Notes under the pieces: generated by a model
What the model was told of the DNA's origin: nothing
Database searches by the model: none
The model's input: only the letters and a program-made list of their open reading frames with translations
Part shown: piece by piece, positions 49,526 to 58,702 of the stretch
How positions within the stretch are numbered: position 1 is the stretch's first letter
Layout of the letters: each line of letters starts with the position of its first letter
Translations under genes and position numbers: made by a program
Assembly: GCA_041601615.1 (NCBI GenBank)
Contig: JBFIHX010000005.1
Coordinates: 128,001 to 192,000 of the forward strand
Length of the DNA: 64,000 nt
Source: Thermoplasmatota archaeon
GTDB taxonomy: Archaea; Thermoplasmatota; E2; JACPAO01; JAHFTW01
Direction of reading: 5' to 3'

Positions 49526-51466
49526 TTGACCCCCGAGCCCACGCCCCGACCCGAACCCCAACCTGAAAGCCCGCCCCGCACCCCGCGCAACCGCAAACCT
49601 GCCCAAGTGCTTGGCGCCCTCGCAATCGTCGCATTGCTCGTCGGCGCCGGATTCCTGCTCGTCCTGCCCAGCGTGGACGATGCCACGGGCCGAGAAGGCG
49701 TCCAGAGCGAACAGGTGCTCTCGACTCCCGATGCAGTGGTGGCAGAAGCGTCCCGCGTCCTGCCCACTTTGGTTGCTGCCGAAAACACAGCGCTCGCGGC
49801 CACCATCCAAGCCGAAACAGCACTGGAAACAGCCGCTCGAGCCGCCCAAAGCCAAGTCATCAACGAGGCGATGGCGCAGGCAAGCGGGCTGCAATCCGTG
49901 GTGTCCAGTGCGACCGGTTTGGGTCTGCCCAGTGTTCCGGCAAGCTACGTGGTGGGCACGGACGTAAGCGGCTACTTGGGCGCTGCTGGCAGTGTGCCCT
50001 ATGCAGTCAGCGTACTCGATGTGCCTGGCACCGTGGGCGGCGCCACCAGCCTTGCTGAATCCACCGTCGGCGGCTCGTTTGTCACGGGCGGTGCCGCTCC
50101 ACGCACGGGCGTCCCGGAAGTGGATTCGCTCATGCAGCAAGCAGGTCTCATCGATGCCGCGTACGGCACGCTTCTTGGCCAAGACCTGAACCATGTGCTT
50201 GCGGGACTTGGACATTCCCTGCCGGTGCCCGTTGGTGTGCCGATTCCGGGCGGGCTTCCCACGGACGGCCTCCTTCCGGCGATGCCCGGTGCCGACGCGG
50301 GGGCAGTGGACCCCGACGACGAGGGCGCTGCCAACGCTCTAACGTTCGGTTATGGACTCACGGATGGAGTTACGGGCGCATTTGCCGGTCTAAGCAGTCA
50401 GGCATCGGCTGTACTCGTGGATCAGGCCGCCCTCGTGGCGCAAGTGAACGAGCTTGCCACCGAGGTGCGAAGCATGGAGGCCGAGGGAACCGCGAGCATC
50501 CTCGCGCAATTGGAGGATCGCATCGCAGCGGCGGGCACGGACGCCCAGGCCCGCATCGATGCCCTGCTGGCGGCCCGCGATGCGTTCCAGTTGATTCTTC
50601 TGGAAGCACACGCATCGGCCCAGGCGGCGGTGTTGGCGGCTCTGGATGCATCGCAGGCCGAATTGCAGGCCGCCGCCGACCAACAAGTGCAGATTCTGAT
50701 GCAGGCTGCTGAGGCCACCCAAGCGGAGGCAGTGGCCCGGGTCGCGGCGCTGGATGCGCAAACGCAAGCCTACCTAGAACTCCTGGCTCGCATGGAGGCA
50801 AACGGCGCGGACGTAGCGCTGCAAGTGGCGGATGTGCAGGCGCAGGCAACCGAGCTACGGCAACAAGCTCTAGCGATTGCGACCGAACAAGAGGCGACAT
50901 TGCTGACTGCGGCAGCCAATGTGGAAGCGCAGGCGACGGGCCTCGTGGCAGATGTGCAGGTTCCCAATTTTGTGGATTTGGATGCCCAACTTGCCGCTGC
51001 ATCGGCGGAGGTGGACCGTGCGCTGGCGTTTGGTCAGGCGCTTGCCTTGGCGGGCGCCGCGGCGACGGTGGCGGTGCATGAAGCCAACGCCGTGGCGACC
51101 GTAGATGCACTGCAAGCGGCGGCTCAAGCGGAGGTGGACAACGTGCGCACGCAGGCGCTGGCTTACCTGGATCGAACCACGGATCTTGCCGCCAGTGGTC
51201 AAGCGCTCGTCGAGCAGCTACAAGCGGATGGGACGGCGCACCTGGATTTGGCGGTGGGCTATGTAGAGAAGGTCGCTGGCGACTATGCCACTGTGCCCGC
51301 TCCGGAACGCCAAGCTGCTGCGGATGCGTTGCTGGCGGATGCCGAATTGCTGCTCGGAGTCGGAACGGGCGCCGTGGACTCGGGCATGCAGGTGTTTGCG
51401 CAGTTTGGCGCGGTGGCCCGCAGCGCGACTACGGTGCAAGCGCAAGTGCTGGCGCTTGCGTTGTAA
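49526..51466 (+). CDS. Long Ala-rich helical protein with N-terminal membrane anchor (probable paralog of upstream gene)
   Basis: GGTGA RBS plus TTG; single TM; shares GVxxVD and VxYxxxVAxDY motifs with 47301-49220. Confidence 0.78.
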   Translation: MTPEPTPRPEPQPESPPRTPRNRKPAQVLGALAIVALLVGAGFLLVLPSVDDATGREGVQSEQVLSTPDAVVAEASRVLPTLVAAENTALAATIQAETALETAARAAQSQVINEAMAQASGLQSVVSSATGLGLPSVPASYVVGTDVSGYLGAAGSVPYAVSVLDVPGTVGGATSLAESTVGGSFVTGGAAPRTGVPEVDSLMQQAGLIDAAYGTLLGQDLNHVLAGLGHSLPVPVGVPIPGGLPTDGLLPAMPGADAGAVDPDDEGAANALTFGYGLTDGVTGAFAGLSSQASAVLVDQAALVAQVNELATEVRSMEAEGTASILAQLEDRIAAAGTDAQARIDALLAARDAFQLILLEAHASAQAAVLAALDASQAELQAAADQQVQILMQAAEATQAEAVARVAALDAQTQAYLELLARMEANGADVALQVADVQAQATELRQQALAIATEQEATLLTAAANVEAQATGLVADVQVPNFVDLDAQLAAASAEVDRALAFGQALALAGAAATVAVHEANAVATVDALQAAAQAEVDNVRTQALAYLDRTTDLAASGQALVEQLQADGTAHLDLAVGYVEKVAGDYATVPAPERQAAADALLADAELLLGVGTGAVDSGMQVFAQFGAVARSATTVQAQVLALAL

Positions 51467-51706
51467 CCCGAACCTGTGTTCTCTTCCCACTTTTTCCCTT
51501 GAGATCCTGGGCTGGTATGGGTTTCCTGATTTTGGGGTTTTTTGGACAAATCATGGGGATGAACGTCGAAGCGACGGGCGCACACGGTCGATCTTCAACA
51601 TGGCGCACGCAAAGGATGGAATGGTGCGGCCGGGTAGGGGCAGGCCGGAGCGAAGGATGGGGAGAAGGACGGGGAGAAGGAAGGATGAGGCGGGTCGGTG
51701 GCTATG

Positions 51707-52231
51707 CTAGAAGGAGCGCTTCAGTACCCCGAGTACGTTGCGTTCGTACTCCAGTTGGTCCAGCGGCACCGATTCAGGATCTAGGTCGTTGAGCAAAAAC
51801 AGATCTTTGACCGTAATTCCCAGTTCCTTGCGCCACGTTTGCACCGTGTGCGTCAATCGCTCGGTACTCGCCGCCGCCACGCGCACTGCAAAACCACCCG
51901 GACGGTCCAGGAGGGTATAGCAAGCGAGGCTGTTTGGGTCGCGCTCTAAGCGATTCCCCACGTCCGAGAGGCGGTCCTCGGGAGCGTCCACGACGAGCCA
52001 AGCCATCACGGGGAATCCCATCGCTTTGGGGTCCACGATGGCTTGGTAGCCCTGGATCATTCCCTCCCGCTCCAACCGATGCAATCGGTCGCGGGTGGTG
52101 GTTTCAGGAAGGTCGATGATTTTTGCCAAGGCCCGGATGCTGATGCGTCCGTCCTCGCGCAGGACTTCTACGATTTTCTGGTCCGCCTCGGCGAGACGTT
52201 CTGCCGACGGGATGGGCTCGCCCGTCATCAA
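51707..52231 (-). CDS. Lrp/AsnC family regulator
   Basis: DQKIVEVLREDGRIS...RDRLHRLEREGMIQGYQAIVD. Confidence 0.9.
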   Translation of the reverse strand: MMTGEPIPSAERLAEADQKIVEVLREDGRISIRALAKIIDLPETTTRDRLHRLEREGMIQGYQAIVDPKAMGFPVMAWLVVDAPEDRLSDVGNRLERDPNSLACYTLLDRPGGFAVRVAAASTERLTHTVQTWRKELGITVKDLFLLNDLDPESVPLDQLEYERNVLGVLKRSF

Positions 52232-52752
52232 AGAGTGGCCTCCAGGATGACACGCTCAGGGGGGCTGCGCTGGCGCAGTTCCACGTGGGCCATCTCTTCG
52301 GCACTCATGTCGCGTGGGGGCTTGCCCAGCGGAACGAGGCGGGCGCGACCGTACCCACGCGGGTACACGGCGCGCTCCAGTGTGCGCTGAAGTTGGTTGA
52401 AGTCGGCGCCAACCATTTCCAGGACGAGGTCGTATCGTCCATTTGATCGATAGGCGCTGCGAATCATGGGGTCCTCCATCAGTGCGTGCAGGTCCGTGGG
52501 TCGCGTGGGGCCGGTCGCCTCCAGGAGCGCCAAGGCGCGAAACGGCATGCCCATGCGTTGTTCGTCCACGATGGCGCGATAGCCACGGATGACGCCACGG
52601 TTTTCCATGGCAATAATGCGGTCGCGTACGGTGTTGATCGACAAGCGTAGATCCTTGGCAAGTTCGGTGTATGGGATGCGTCCGTGGTCGCATAGGTTGC
52701 CGAGGATACGCAGGTTCAATCGGTCGAGGTTGAGGCTTGTTTTTTTCTTGAT
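52228..52752 (-). CDS. Lrp/AsnC family regulator (possible ATC start; first canonical start at 52719)
   Basis: LDRLNLRIL...GRIPYTELAKDL...VRDRI...GVIRGYRAIVD. Confidence 0.88.
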   Translation of the reverse strand: MKKKTSLNLDRLNLRILGNLCDHGRIPYTELAKDLRLSINTVRDRIIAMENRGVIRGYRAIVDEQRMGMPFRALALLEATGPTRPTDLHALMEDPMIRSAYRSNGRYDLVLEMVGADFNQLQRTLERAVYPRGYGRARLVPLGKPPRDMSAEEMAHVELRQRSPPERVILEATL

Positions 52753-52786
52753 GGTTGTTCCCTCCTGGAGGTCGGTTCGGTTGGGA

Positions 52787-52819
52787 TGGTGGTGGTGGTG
52801 GTGGTGGTGGTGGTGGTGG
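52787..52819. repeat. (TGG)11 trinucleotide microsatellite
   Basis: Read directly from the sequence; intergenic between Lrp genes. Confidence 0.95.
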
Positions 52820-52907
52820 GAAAGAGGGCTGTAGGGGAAGGGGCAGGTGGCTCAGTGCCGCACGCGGGCGGCCGGGATGGACTGGGCTGTGAGACGCCGG
52901 GTAGGAG

Positions 52908-53381
52908 TCAGCGCGCCGCACTCCAGGCGGTGTGGACACCGCGACTCGGTTCATCGTGAAGGGTATCCACGATGAGGGTGACTGTGGGTTCGGCAAGTCC
53001 CGCGCCCACGGCAAGCACCAGAGCGTGCTCGCGTACTCGATCCGGATCGGAGCCCCGCAGTGTGAACGCAACACTCGCCCGATTGGCAAGGGTCCAAACA
53101 CGCGTGACACCAGCAGAATGGCAGAGGCCATCCAAGCGGTCACGCGTGGTCTGGTCCGTCGGTGTGGCGGTCACCAAGACTTCATGCGGCATCCCCAATC
53201 GATCGGAGTCCAAGCGGACGGTGAAACCGGACACGAAGCCACTTTGCTGCATGCGGTCCAGCCGCGCCTGCACTACGTCCGCGCCGAGGCCCAAGCGAGC
53301 GCCGAGCGTCGCTGCGTCCGCACGAGGATCGTCAAGCAGCGCATCCAGCACTTGTTTGCCGATGCCATCGATTCCTTTCAC
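52908..53381 (-). CDS. Lrp/AsnC family regulator
   Basis: IDGIGKQVLDALLDDPRA...VQARLDRMQQSGFVSGFTVRLD. Confidence 0.85.
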   Translation of the reverse strand: MKGIDGIGKQVLDALLDDPRADAATLGARLGLGADVVQARLDRMQQSGFVSGFTVRLDSDRLGMPHEVLVTATPTDQTTRDRLDGLCHSAGVTRVWTLANRASVAFTLRGSDPDRVREHALVLAVGAGLAEPTVTLIVDTLHDEPSRGVHTAWSAAR

Positions 53382-53675
53382 AAAAATCGCTCCTTGCTTC
53401 TAGAACGGGTTCGTACGACTCCTGCCCTCGGCACCTTTGGCCATTTGAAGCGGCGCCCATATAGTTATTCCAAGATTGGCGGCGGTTGCAGCCTTGATTC
53501 GGCCCAAAACCAAGGCCTCCCCGGAATTTCTATCGCCCCGAGGAGACAAACACGGCGCAATGGGCCCAAACTATCGGGGAACGGCACATCATTGTCCGTG
53601 AAATGAATCGATTCATTTCAATCAAATTGCACCGCCTCGCGCCCATCAAGCCAGCCTGGCCCGGGCGCAACGCGG

Positions 53676-53897
53676 CTATACGGTCTCCATCTCAAACAGA
53701 CAACCAAGCCCCTGCAATTGGGCATGAATGCTGTCGCCGAAGGAAAGCACCTCGTCTAGGCTTGCCGCTCCAGGCCAATCGTAGACGAAATCGTGGGCGC
53801 CGTGCATCGGCTGGAACCCCATTCCCTCCAAGCCGTCCCGGACCTCGCTTGGCTTGGCTCCATCGGAGTTGAACATCACCTTGAGGTAGGTCCGCAT
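53676..53897 (-). CDS. Small hypothetical protein
   Basis: 73 aa, MRTYLKVMFNSDGAKPSEV...HDFVYDW; protein-like composition; TTTATG box upstream. Confidence 0.75.
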   Translation of the reverse strand: MRTYLKVMFNSDGAKPSEVRDGLEGMGFQPMHGAHDFVYDWPGAASLDEVLSFGDSIHAQLQGLGCLFEMETV

Positions 53898-54011
53898 GCC
53901 ATTCAGTTCGGTTCCATGCCTTCATAAATGCTGGCAAGCGGCCTTGCGCCCGGCTCTAGCTAAGACGGTGCCATTGCCCAACCGTCATCCATCACCCCTA
54001 GATGCGAACAC

Positions 54012-54308
54012 ATGCGCGCCCTTCTAGTGCTCTGCATGCTCGCCATGATTCCCGCCGCCACGGCCGCCGCCGTCGCCGGACCCCAAGTCGCCTACTACGA
54101 CTACGATCTCCAAACCGGCCCCACCTACGGCGCCTCCGTGGACGCCGGAACGTACCCCGCGCCCAACTGCGCCGACTGCGACGCCTGGGGCCTGCGCGTA
54201 GGTGCCGAGACCGACGGCGCCTCCTTTGTCGAACTCGAAGCCAAGCTGTGCCGCAGCTCCTTCATCTACATCTGCTTCGTCGACGAAGACATCACCATCA
54301 CCCGCTAA
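54012..54308 (+). CDS. Small secreted Cys-motif protein 1
   Basis: Signal peptide; CADC, VGAE, C-x7-C. Confidence 0.75.
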   Translation: MRALLVLCMLAMIPAATAAAVAGPQVAYYDYDLQTGPTYGASVDAGTYPAPNCADCDAWGLRVGAETDGASFVELEAKLCRSSFIYICFVDEDITITR

Positions 54309-54391
54309 GCTGGCCACGCAAACCGGCCTAAGTCAAAGCCGGGACGCGCCACGGTGACAATCCCTATCCCACCTTCTCCTCATTGCGACCC

Positions 54392-54697
54392 ATGCAATCT
54401 CTTCGATGCATCGCCATGTTGGCCGTGCTTCTGCTGCTGCCCCTCGCGGGCGCTCGTCCCATCCCCGACACCAACACCACCATTGATCCCGACGTAGTCC
54501 TGAGCCCGCCCGGCTGCGACGACTGCTACGACGTCTCCATCTACGTCTACCAAGGAATTCCCTTCGGCTGCATGGACTGCCCCGGTTTGCTCATCCTCGT
54601 GGGCGCAGAAGGAGAACTTCCAGGCAAACCAAATTCCCATACCGCCTACGTCTGCATCACCGGGTACTCGCCATTCTGTCCACTGAACTATGTATAG
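54392..54697 (+). CDS. Small secreted Cys-motif protein 2
   Basis: Signal peptide; IDPDV..SPPGCDDCY, CMDCP, VGAE, C-x7-C. Confidence 0.78.
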   Translation: MQSLRCIAMLAVLLLLPLAGARPIPDTNTTIDPDVVLSPPGCDDCYDVSIYVYQGIPFGCMDCPGLLILVGAEGELPGKPNSHTAYVCITGYSPFCPLNYV

Positions 54698-54803
54698 CCC
54701 GCCCTCCGCCCCCTGCTGGAACGATGTGGCAGCCTGGCCAATCCTCCCTAGATAACAATGGACCGTCCAGCAACCATCATCCTTCAAGCCCCGGTGCCCC
54801 AGT

Positions 54804-55154
54804 ATGCACCTTCGCATCATCCTCAGCCTCATCGCCCTCGTGGCACTCGCACCCGCCGCCTCCGCCGACCCACTCAACGCCATGCCCGACCCTGACGACA
54901 TAGTCTTCGTCGTCATCGACCCCGACGTGGAGTACAGTCCAAACGGCTGCGACGACTGCTACGAAGCCTCCGCGCTTGTCGCTTTCGGCATCCGCAACTG
55001 CTACGACTGCCCCGTCTTCATCGCCGACGCAGGCATCGAAGACCGTGGGGACGGAGCCGAAACCCACGTCGTCGTCTGCTACGCAAGCTACGGCTGGTTC
55101 TGCCTCATCGACTGGATCAACGAACTCGTAGCTCCCCTGATCAACTACCCCTAA
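54804..55154 (+). CDS. Small secreted Cys-motif protein 3
   Basis: Signal peptide; IDPDV..SPNGCDDCY, CYDCP, C-x7-C. Confidence 0.8.
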   Translation: MHLRIILSLIALVALAPAASADPLNAMPDPDDIVFVVIDPDVEYSPNGCDDCYEASALVAFGIRNCYDCPVFIADAGIEDRGDGAETHVVVCYASYGWFCLIDWINELVAPLINYP

Positions 55155-55243
55155 AGCACCCCTCCGGCCGTCAAGGCCCACACGGGCACCCCCGCAAGCC
55201 GCACAAGTGGCCTTTTTCACACCGCCCCCAGTGCCCAACCTGC

Positions 55244-56596
55244 TTGGACTTCGACGTCTTCTTCTCCATCAGCCAAACCCCCGTGCGTGGCCACACCCCC
55301 GACGAGGCCACCATGTTTCGCAATTGGCTGGCACAAGTAGAGGCCGCCGACCGACTCGGGTACGGTGTTGCGTGGCTTGCCGAGAGCCACTTGAGCAGCG
55401 AAGTCCAAAAAGACAACAAACACCCCGTCATCCCACACTGGGAAGGCGAAGTCGGCCTCAACTGCGACTTTCTGCAATCCGCCCAGCTCATCTTCCAGCG
55501 TACCGCCACCCTCGCCCAACAGGAACAAAACGCCAGGCTCGCCCCCGGACGCGCCGGCCCACTGCGCCACGGCCGCATCGAGGCGGGGTCCGCTGTGATG
55601 AACATCCTCCAAGGTGGCGGCCCCATCGCAGCAGCCGAACGAATCGCCTTCTTTGCCACCCTCGCCGCCCTCGACGACCGACCCGGCGGCATGCAGTACA
55701 AACCCGATGGATCTCCTCGCCGCATCCACGTAGGCTTCAGCGCCGGCCGTTTTGACTACATGAACCGCGCCCACGGATACGTCCCCCGCAACGCCGTCGA
55801 ACACGCCATTCCATACCCATTTCTCAAAGGCAAAATCTTCCACGAAGCCACAGAAATCTTCTGCCGACTCCTTGCCGGTGAAACGCTCAGCAGCAACGAT
55901 GTGCCCCACCGCACCATCACCAAAGCCGAATGCCGCACCGAAAACGACTGGAACACGATGCACGCCACCGCCGAAGCCAACGGAGCCCTGGAACTTCGCG
56001 GCGGCGTCGAACACGTCGTCCTGCCCAAACGCTTCGAATTTGAAGCCCTCAAAGTCGTCCCGCAACACTGGCGCCGCGACCTCGTGCAACTCGTTGCCGG
56101 CAGCCACGACCCCAGCATCGCAACCCTTGCCAACCAATGGATTCCCTGCCAAGTTGCCAACCTCAGCATCACGCCCCCCGAGGTCATCGAGCGCACCCAC
56201 AAACACATGGCAAACATCTACCACAAGGACGGCGGACCCTGGCAGCGGCCCATGATGCCCAGGACCGTTATGGTGTTTCTCAACGAAGAGCCGGGCCTCA
56301 CCCCCGAAGAGCGGAGACTCGCGGCCCAGGGCGAAGCAAAAGAAGCGCTCGCCGCGTACTGGAACGCCCTCACAGGCACACTGGACCCCGCTAAAATCGA
56401 GAACGCCGCCGAAAACGCGGTGGTTGGCAACGCCGAGGATGTGGCCGCGCAGATTCGCGAGCGATTCCACCCCGACGATCGACTGATGCTCTGGTTCGAT
56501 TTTTTCAACCACGACTCGGACCGCGTGGTGCGGAATATGGAGGCGTTTGCAGAGTTGGTGGTGCCCAAACTGAACGCTCGGACACTGTTCGAATGA
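55244..56596 (+). CDS. Luciferase-like (LLM) flavin-dependent oxidoreductase
   Basis: AADRLGYGVAWLAESH, IEAGSAV, VVGNAEDVAAQI, MEAFAELVVP. Confidence 0.85.
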   Translation: MDFDVFFSISQTPVRGHTPDEATMFRNWLAQVEAADRLGYGVAWLAESHLSSEVQKDNKHPVIPHWEGEVGLNCDFLQSAQLIFQRTATLAQQEQNARLAPGRAGPLRHGRIEAGSAVMNILQGGGPIAAAERIAFFATLAALDDRPGGMQYKPDGSPRRIHVGFSAGRFDYMNRAHGYVPRNAVEHAIPYPFLKGKIFHEATEIFCRLLAGETLSSNDVPHRTITKAECRTENDWNTMHATAEANGALELRGGVEHVVLPKRFEFEALKVVPQHWRRDLVQLVAGSHDPSIATLANQWIPCQVANLSITPPEVIERTHKHMANIYHKDGGPWQRPMMPRTVMVFLNEEPGLTPEERRLAAQGEAKEALAAYWNALTGTLDPAKIENAAENAVVGNAEDVAAQIRERFHPDDRLMLWFDFFNHDSDRVVRNMEAFAELVVPKLNARTLFE

Positions 56597-57072
56597 CCAC
56601 CTTCCAAACCACCCACAGCATCAACGCTCCCGTCGCCGCCGTCTGGAACCTCATCGGCACCAACTTTGGAGATCTTGCTGCATGGGCGCCCATGTTCGTT
56701 TCCGCCTCGTACCTCGTGGAAGAAACGCCCGCCGTCGGCGGCCACCGAGTCTGCCAACTGCCTCGGCCTGTTGCCGGCATGACCCACATCGAAGAGGAAA
56801 TCATCGGTTGGGAGGAGGGTCGCCGCATCGAATACCGCGTCCTCCAGCCGCCCAAAGGAGTGCTTCGGATGAAGAACGAATGGATCATCAAAGCCGATGG
56901 GGGACGGACTCTCATCACCCTTCGACCGACGTTTGATTTGGCGCCGCCGCTGGCGGGATTCAAAGCGTGGATGGGCTGGCGCCTGCAATTCAAACCGTTG
57001 ATTCGAAAGGCGATGAAAGCGTTGGAAAAGGCGGCGCGGCGGCAAATGGCCACCCTCGAAGCGCCCTTGTAG
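56593..57072 (+). CDS. SRPBCC/START-like protein
   Basis: INAPVAAVWNLI...EEIIGWEEGRRIEY. Confidence 0.82.
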   Translation: MTTFQTTHSINAPVAAVWNLIGTNFGDLAAWAPMFVSASYLVEETPAVGGHRVCQLPRPVAGMTHIEEEIIGWEEGRRIEYRVLQPPKGVLRMKNEWIIKADGGRTLITLRPTFDLAPPLAGFKAWMGWRLQFKPLIRKAMKALEKAARRQMATLEAPL

Positions 57073-57107
57073 GAGCATTTTAGAATTCAAACGACCACTG
57101 TACTTTC

Positions 57108-57311
57108 GTGGACTTCGATGTTTTCGTCTACCAAGACGAGTCCGGGGCGTTCATCGCCCGCGTCCCCGCAATTGCCGGCTGCCACTCCTGGGGAAACACC
57201 AAGGCGGAAGCCTTGGAACACGTCCGCGACGCAATCGGATTGGCGCTCGCCGATGAAGAGCCGCTTCAGTTGCACCGAATCGGCATCGAAACGGTAAGCG
57301 TCGGCGCTTGA
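57108..57311 (+). CDS. hicB: HicB family antitoxin (short, no DNA-binding domain)
   Basis: DESGAFIARVPAIAGCHSWGNTKAEALEHVRDAI. Confidence 0.88.
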   Translation: MDFDVFVYQDESGAFIARVPAIAGCHSWGNTKAEALEHVRDAIGLALADEEPLQLHRIGIETVSVGA

Positions 57312-57527
57312 TTGGTTCCAAAACTCCCACGCATCGGCTACCGGAAAGTGGAAAAGACTCTTCGAAGCCACGGCTTCGAGTTGATTCGGCAATCAGGCAG
57401 CCATGCGCGATGGCGACACCCGGATGGCCGAGTCACAACCGTCCCTCGGCACTCCGGAACGACGCTACCTCCCGGCACCTTGAAGGCGATTTTGACCGAC
57501 GCGGGACTCAGCATGGATGACCTTTGA
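57312..57527 (+). CDS. hicA: HicA family mRNA interferase toxin
   Basis: GFELIRQSGSH...TTVPRH...LPPGTLKAIL. Confidence 0.92.
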   Translation: MVPKLPRIGYRKVEKTLRSHGFELIRQSGSHARWRHPDGRVTTVPRHSGTTLPPGTLKAILTDAGLSMDDL

Positions 57528-57577
57528 CGGGTTCGAATCTGACCCAACCCCTTCAAGCCAACCTCCCATGCCCGCCC

Positions 57578-58702
57578 GTGGACGCCTCCGCGCACACGGT
57601 CCCAGGCCCCGGCTCCGACCAATACCCTCGCAGTCCGCTTGGCGAATCTGAACCGGGCATTCCCACGGGCCGCGACGTAGAATGGGAGCCACTGGTGGAC
57701 TACCGTCGTTTTGGCGTCTCTGAGACCACCATTCATGGCGCGGTGGCCTGGGCGACGGGCGATGGCGTGTTCCATAGCTTTGGCGGCAATGTGCTTTGCT
57801 ACGGCCGCTCGATGATGAAGCCCTTGATGATGAAGGTCTTCACCAACGTCCTGAAGGATTGCACCTGGGAGCAGAAGGCGATCAGTGTCGCAAGCCACAA
57901 CGGCGACGTAACACACGTGGCCGCCGCCCAAAGCCTGCTGGACGAGACGGAATGGGGCTTGATGCAGACGCCGCTGGACGTGCCGCTCGTGCAATTTGGC
58001 CGACAAGTGCGCCGGCCGCGCCGCTGGTACCACACATGCTCCGGCGAACACTCCGCCATTGTGCGCGGCTGCAAGGAGCGCGGCTGGCCCCGTATCGGCT
58101 ACCTGTTGCCCCAACACGCTTGGTTCCAGGAATACATGGATCTCGTCCGCGAACGCCTGAGCACCGATGGCTCCTGGCAGCCGGCTCGCGTGGCCCGGGA
58201 TGGCTGCGGACTCCCGACGCTCAGCAACACCGTCGGTGAACTCGCCGTGCTGTACGCTGGCCTCGCCCGCGACCGCGACGAAGACTGGATCTGGGAAGCA
58301 ATGGTGCGCGAACCGGACCTCGTCGGGGGCTTCAATCGCCTCGACACAACCATCATCAAATCCTGCGACGGAAAGGTCATCGCCAAGGAAGGCGCCGACG
58401 GACTCCTGGGGCTCTCCATCGTCCACCCGGACTACCCCAAAGGCCTCGGCGTCGTCATCAAAATCGCCCACGGCTGGAACCCGCAAGCCACCTGGTACAT
58501 CGCCCGCAGCATCCTCGGCGTCCTTGGCTTCGAGCTTCGCAACCCGTACAAACTGCACCGCCAGAAGGCGTTCGTGGTGCCCGGCGTCGTGCCTCCGGAC
58601 CAACTCGGAGCCTTGGAAGCCGTGCCCACCTGGGACGAATGGGACCCAGACATGGATCGCTGGTACTACGATTGGAAACAATACACGGAGGAACAACCGT
58701 GA
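57578..58702 (+). CDS. Rhizobium etli-type (class 3) asparaginase-like amidohydrolase
   Basis: RSMMKP, ASHNG, TCSGEH, DGCGLP, AKEGADG; start chosen downstream of a CCTTCAAG box. Confidence 0.8.
   Translation: MDASAHTVPGPGSDQYPRSPLGESEPGIPTGRDVEWEPLVDYRRFGVSETTIHGAVAWATGDGVFHSFGGNVLCYGRSMMKPLMMKVFTNVLKDCTWEQKAISVASHNGDVTHVAAAQSLLDETEWGLMQTPLDVPLVQFGRQVRRPRRWYHTCSGEHSAIVRGCKERGWPRIGYLLPQHAWFQEYMDLVRERLSTDGSWQPARVARDGCGLPTLSNTVGELAVLYAGLARDRDEDWIWEAMVREPDLVGGFNRLDTTIIKSCDGKVIAKEGADGLLGLSIVHPDYPKGLGVVIKIAHGWNPQATWYIARSILGVLGFELRNPYKLHRQKAFVVPGVVPPDQLGALEAVPTWDEWDPDMDRWYYDWKQYTEEQP

Noticed and set aside
52786-52818. Poly-His run in frame with the Lrp gene
   Set aside because: There is no start codon between the upstream stop (52852-52854) and the run, and the RBS lies downstream of it.
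57108-57130. HicB and the LLM gene (55244) both begin MDFDVF
   Set aside because: The match is only six codons and each fits its own family's first beta-strand; probably coincidence.
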